Positions 59,119 to 64,000 of a DNA stretch of 64,000 bases are shown piece by piece. This DNA comes from the human T2T-CHM13v2.0 reference genome, Homo sapiens, in the NCBI RefSeq assembly GCF_009914755.1, contig NC_060929.1; one strand, written 5' to 3'. Below the pieces are notes generated by a model that saw only the letters and a list, made by a program, of their open reading frames with translations, made no database searches and had not been told where the DNA came from. The translations under genes and the position numbers were made by a program. The stretch's first letter is position 1. Every line of letters starts with the position of its first letter.

Positions 59119-59376
59119 ATAGTAAGCTTCACTTATGAAATTTCCTGTTAATATTTTATCTTTTCTAGATTCATTTGAATGTTTTACTATTTTTATTACC
59201 TTTAACAAAAATATACTGAAAGCTAAGCTTAGTACTTTAAAGAATGGTATAGGCAGAATTCAAGAAAAGATATTCTCCAACAGCCTACATAACTAAAATA
59301 AATGACAGCTTTAGGAATATAGGTAAAAAGAAAAATGTGAGTTATCTGTTATCCTAGGAAAAAAATGCTCTTTCAG

Positions 59377-59578
59377 TTGGTTATTATTAAGTCCATAGAA
59401 ACAGTTTGGAAATTATTTCAAAATCATACTTGTGGTGTTGATAATCTCAGTTTTATAAATGTATTAGAGAATTGCAAAAAGATGATGGCAAAATATTCAA
59501 CCCCAGTTTGAGACAATTTATAAGAGAGAAAATTACTAAAGAGGTAGATTGATATAAAGGAAAATAAAATAAAAATAT
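59377..59578 (+). pseudogene. Decayed glutaminase-like exon
   Basis: CTCTTTCAG| ... |GTAAGT; SFINVLENCKKM / GKIFNPSLRQFIREK vs GLS [31 protein letters not shown]. Confidence 0.65.
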
Positions 59579-59724
59579 GTAAGTACAGTTTTTCTTGATG
59601 TAAATGGACACGTGATATTATCAAAGTGGTTTTCAGTTTAATATACCCAGAAGAATTTTATGTAAGAGATCTATATTTAGTCAATGAATTATAATGAATA
59701 AGGTAATTTTACTGTTCATATCAG

Positions 59725-60190
59725 TAAGAATACTTTCCTGAAACTCCAAAAGGACATTTTTACATTTCCATTGCTTTAATGATTCTAAAACATTATGTAC
59801 TTCTATCCCACACAAAGAAAATGCTTGCTATAGGATAAGATGGAAGCTTTAGCTCTTTTTGAATGAAAGCTTTGTCTTTTTTTGTGCTCTGAGAAACCTG
59901 TTCTCACAGACTCCAAATTATTGTTCTCAATAGTGTTGGCATTTGTACCACTACTATTACGTCTCAGTTTTCTTGATAGTGAGACAATAGTAACTGCATC
60001 TTGTGACAAGGGTTTAGAGTTTTTGTTGTTGCTATTGTTTTTCTATAGAGATGTAGGTAACTCTCCCTCTTCCTCAATTTTTGAGGAAAATCCTCAGTAA
60101 ATCTACAACTGTATATACCAAATATATGAGAATATATTTTGTCATCAGAATTGAAAGCATATATTTTTAAAGAGCACTTTAAATTCAAAA
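59725..60190 (+). pseudogene. Decayed glutaminase-like segment (C-terminal half of catalytic domain)
   Basis: YFPE (CFPE); LCTSIPHKENA (LCSIEVTCESA); C...EKPVLT (CPITGERVLS); LLFFYRDVGNSPSSSIFEE (LLVVPNVMGMMCWSPPLDK); IFCHQ (HFCHD), in order. Confidence 0.55.
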
Positions 60191-60247
60191 ATTTTTCACT
60201 TACTTTTAAAAAGTAATATAATCTTTAATATATCTTCATTTTTGTAG

Positions 60248-60600
60248 AAAATGTTCCTTCTTCTACTGTAAAATCAGCATATCTAGGATGTGAAAGAATC
60301 TAAATATATTTCATGATTCACTTCCAACATTTCCTTATGCTCATTGTAAATTACCTGATTAAGACAATAATTTTAAAAAGTATAAATATATTCAGGGTAT
60401 GGATGATGCCAGTCTTATGGCTCTTTTTTTCAAAATAATATTTTGAACAAAATAACAGCAATTTGTTTCAAAACGTAGTAAGGTACTCTGAGGACCCTCA
60501 CTTTACACAATATGTATGTGGCTTACCCAATGGAAAATCAATGTAAACACATCAACTCTGACAGGCTGTTATCAACATTTTACAGAGCCTAAAATCAAAC
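60248..60600 (+). pseudogene. Decayed glutaminase-like ankyrin-repeat segment
   Basis: TTCATTTTTGTAG| then SAYLG/DVKE (AAYTGDVSA); weaker ankyrin-like pieces IVNYLIK, LRT..LH, AVINILQ. Confidence 0.5.
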
Positions 60601-60999
60601 TGAAAGATAACCTTTTGAAACTCAGAGGAAAATATACACTTTTAGATTTGCCAGTCATTTCATATCAATGGAGACAAAGCCAGAGATTGTGTCTTTAAAA
60701 CTATGTGTTCTTCTATGAATTATTTCAAAAATTGCATTTCCTGTTAGATGTAACTTTTATCAGAATGAGACAAATCTTTGCACTGCATTATTTGTCAAAA
60801 TATCACATGTTTACATATCTTGTTATAGGGGTTACATAATTTGAGATACTCAGTTATTAGTAACTTATTCCTGACTCTGATGTAAAGGGACATATACTCA
60901 AAGAAGTAAGAGGCAATCAAGGTTTGTTCATTTTAATTCAACACTGCATGAAATATTTTTATCTTGTTTTATAAAAATTGTTAAATGTCTACTGTTCCA

Positions 61000-61150
61000 G
61001 GCACATCAAAGAATTTATCTTATTTAATCTTAACTACATTCAAGCAAGCTTAAAAGCATAGTTTCATTTTATAACTGAGGAAACTAAAGTTTACAGAGAT
61101 CAACTAACTTATTTGAGGTCACATAGGTAATAAGTAACAGACAGCATTCT
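61000..61150. mobile_element. MIR SINE fragment
   Basis: CATTTTATAACTGAGGAAACTAAAGTTTACAGAGATCAACTAACTTATTTGAGGTCACATAG. Confidence 0.65.
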
Positions 61151-62369
61151 ACATTACTGTCACAAAGTAGGTTTTTGAAGATATATGCTATCATACTGAC
61201 ATTCTCATGGTCTTAAATAAATGCTATATCTTGGAGCATATGCATCTATGTATGATTAGTTATTGATTTAGAAATAAATTTATGTAAAATGGTCTAATAC
61301 AGGAGTTAAGTATTAGATCTTTTAGTTTATTATAAAACACACATTAGAATACTTCCAAGTATCTTTCCTATCACAACTAATGTTTAAGAAAATAATTCAA
61401 CAGGTTTTTAAAATCCTTGTTGATGGCATGTAGGCAAAAAGGCAACATGATATTGAGAGAAAAGCATAATTTTAGGGTCAGACAATCTGACTTATGAGAG
61501 GTTTGAATAGGTACTTAACCAGGATAGGGGAGATATTTACTAATAGAAAGTTATTGCTGTCTGCATTTGCACATTTATAAGTGTGTGATATCTACCATGT
61601 TTTCACAAGAAAATCATTTGAAACAAACGGGGAAGGTTGACACAACACTTTTTCATCAAAGTGATTGGAATACAGAGAAGAAAAGGACAAGTCAAATCTA
61701 ACATGTGAAAGAGAAAGATTTCTCAGGGTCATCAGAACATTTCTGTGTCAATAGGTAGACTAGAAAAAAATAAAAACTGAGACAAATTCGAAAATGTCAT
61801 ATAGAATCATGAAACAAATATATTCCAAAGATCTGTTATGCTATTCATGGACAATATAATTACACAAATATATTAGTCTCATCTTCAACAAGCCCTCAGA
61901 TTCAGTTGCTTAGCCAGGGAAGATGGCTGGCATTTGATTCTTTCTCCTCAAAATCATATACTCAAAAACAAATTCATATCTGCTTGAGATTCAAAATCCA
62001 GTATTGTACATCTATGACAATATTTAAATTTTAGCAAGACAAATATTTTATAATAAGAATGTTATAAAGTAGGTGTGTTACATGTAGATACTTTCAAGAG
62101 CCAGTTAGCTAATATAATTGCTACTTGGAATGAGGAAAGAATCTGGTTGGAGTCCCAGTAAGATTAGCAATGACAGTCCTAATTTAGCAGGGAAGACAGT
62201 AGTTCAGCATAATGTTGGAGCAGTAATAAGAGGACCAAACCTAGTAAGGAAGACATGAAATCTTTGGTCAAAGATTCAGAGTGTATGGTTGAAGGCAAGA
62301 ACTGGTTCTTTGAGTAGGACAATGTAATGCCACCATAAGTGTATTTAAAAATAAAAATCTAGTGATTCT

Positions 62370-62720
62370 TCCTCAGAGAAGTCTTCAGCCACTTACCAGG
62401 GTAACTATGAACTGCAGAAAAAGAATGCCCACTTTTTAAAAGACTGTTTTAAATAGAATCTGAACTAATAATCAGATGTCCCCAAAAGCCATTAGATATA
62501 TCTAGCTAAAATAAGAACACATTCTAAGTGTGCAATAGCATTTGAGCCAAGTTTATCTTGCAGTGAGTCGAGTGGGCCCATGGACTTTCTCTGGGGTTAT
62601 TTTCTCTGTGAATAATTAGCACAGATATACTTAATAGCTCTCAGAGCCCTCATATTGGGTTCCAGACCTCAGTAACTATTGCGGTAGGATGAGCCCAGTT
62701 GAAACAACAATCATTTCACT
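62370..62720 (+). mobile_element. ERVL/MLT internal (protease-region) remnant
   Basis: CAGCCACTTACCAGGGTAACTATG...GAATCTGAACTAATA...GTGGGCCCATGGAC resembles ERVL PFTRVTVHWGKG...DTGSELTLIPGDPK...VGP. Confidence 0.55.
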
Positions 62721-62759
62721 ACAACCAAAATGGAATCTCCTCCCTCCCTCTTTCTCCTC

Positions 62760-62834
62760 TTTCTTTTATTTTTTAACAAATTTTATTGTGTATGTTTAAG
62801 GTATACAATACAACATTATTGATATATATCTGTA

Positions 62835-62868
<34 letters not shown>

Positions 62869-64000
62869 TGTACACACACACACACACACACTTATAATAC
62901 AATGATTACTGTAGGACATTGGTCAGGGTGGTAGGAGAAATTACAGGAAAATAATGCAAACCTTCTTGGAAAACCAGGGGTTTGCATAGCTTCAGAAGAG
63001 AGTTTGGCTGAAGGCAGCTGAATTCTCTTAAGAGCTTAGATTAGATAACAAGGGGATGTCAAGAAACTGATCTAAATAGTTAGTTTACTTAGGCCTCAGA
63101 ACCTGGCCTTTAATCATCCACTCTTTGGACTGCGTTCTCCAGAAGGGCGGCCATATTAACTACCCACAAGTGTGTTGACTCAAAGCCTTTGTCATTAAAT
63201 CTGTACTAAATAAATGCCCTTAGTGCCAGCTTGTCATGGCCGTGGCTGCTACAACTCGTGGGTGGCCCCTGTCACCTCGCCTGCTCTTTCACTGGATATC
63301 TGTGTCTGAGCGCATTTTTTTTCATCTGTCGCTTGGTCATGGTCTGCAGGTTGGACTTGGCAGATTACTATAGGGAAACACATTAATAAATCCATCATCT
63401 CACAGTTACTCATTTTTATTCCCCTTGTGACAAGAGCAGCTATAGTCTACTCATTTAGCAAAAATCTATTATTGGCTACAAATCTCTTGTTATACTTTAG
63501 ATGTTTCTACTTGTTGATCCTACATATTTGCTAATTTGTATCCTTTAAGCTATGTCTCCCCATTTCCTCTTCCCTCACCCCAATGCTGGTTACCATGTTT
63601 TATTCTCTATTTTCATATATCTGAGGTTTTTTTTAGATTTCTCATATAGGTGAGATCATGCAATATTTGTCTTTCTATGCCTGGCTTATTCACTTAGCAT
63701 AGCATCTTTTAGGTCCATCAGTGTTGTGGCAAATGCAGGATGTCCTCCTTTATAAGGCTGAATTATATTCTCTATATACATGAATTAGATATGGATTATA
63801 TAGAAAATTAAGTAGAGATAGATTCTATATGTATATATACATATTGAGAGACATAACTGTATCTCACAGGTTTGTTTTATTCATTTGCCTGTTGATGGAT
63901 ACCTAGGTTGTGTTCATATCTTGGCTATTGTAAGTAATGCGTCAATGAACATGAGAGTATCAGTATCTTTAAGAGGTGGTGATTTTAGTTCCTTTTCAAA
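62760..64000 (-). mobile_element. L1MA-type 3' end (antisense), interrupted by LTR22 and a (TA)n(CA)n tract; runs off the window
   Basis: TTTTATTGTGTATGTTTAAGGTATACAA...GGTGAGATCATGCAATATTTGTCTTTCTATGCCTGGCTTATT...CTTGGCTATTGTAAGTAATGC. Confidence 0.85.
62910..63362 (+). mobile_element. ERVK solo LTR (LTR22/HML-5-like)
   Basis: TGTAGGACATTGGTCAGGGTGGTAGGAGAAA...GCAAACCTTCTTGGAA...GGACTTGGCA; GATTAC on both flanks. Confidence 0.8.

Noticed and set aside
59803-60188. Minus-strand ORFs of 68 and 74 aa
   Set aside because: Antisense shadows of the + strand glutaminase-like segment; no homology recognised.

Overview
AT-rich, repeat-dense primate (human-like) genomic DNA, with AluJ/S/Y, L1PA/L1M, ERV1/ERVK/ERVL-MaLR LTRs and MER DNA transposons. 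I see no intact protein-coding gene. Two processed pseudogenes are clear: the 3' end of ANKRD11 (minus strand) and a 5'-inverted GCSH retrocopy with a 16-bp TSD. Hand translation also shows a colinear series of heavily decayed, partly splice-flanked segments on the + strand from ~34.5 to ~60.6 kb. They follow the glutaminase (GLS/GLS2 family) protein from its N-terminal helical region through the catalytic domain to the ankyrin repeats, which suggests a fossil intron-containing glutaminase-like paralogue. Other observations are an ancient Gypsy-like pol remnant (~10-12.5 kb), a ~410-bp-arm inverted duplication (~46 kb), a MER57-type provirus with nested insertions, a tailless Alu with a perfect TSD, and a short locally templated insertion. 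Repeat subfamily names and protein alignments come from recalled consensus sequences compared by eye and need RepeatMasker/HMM confirmation.
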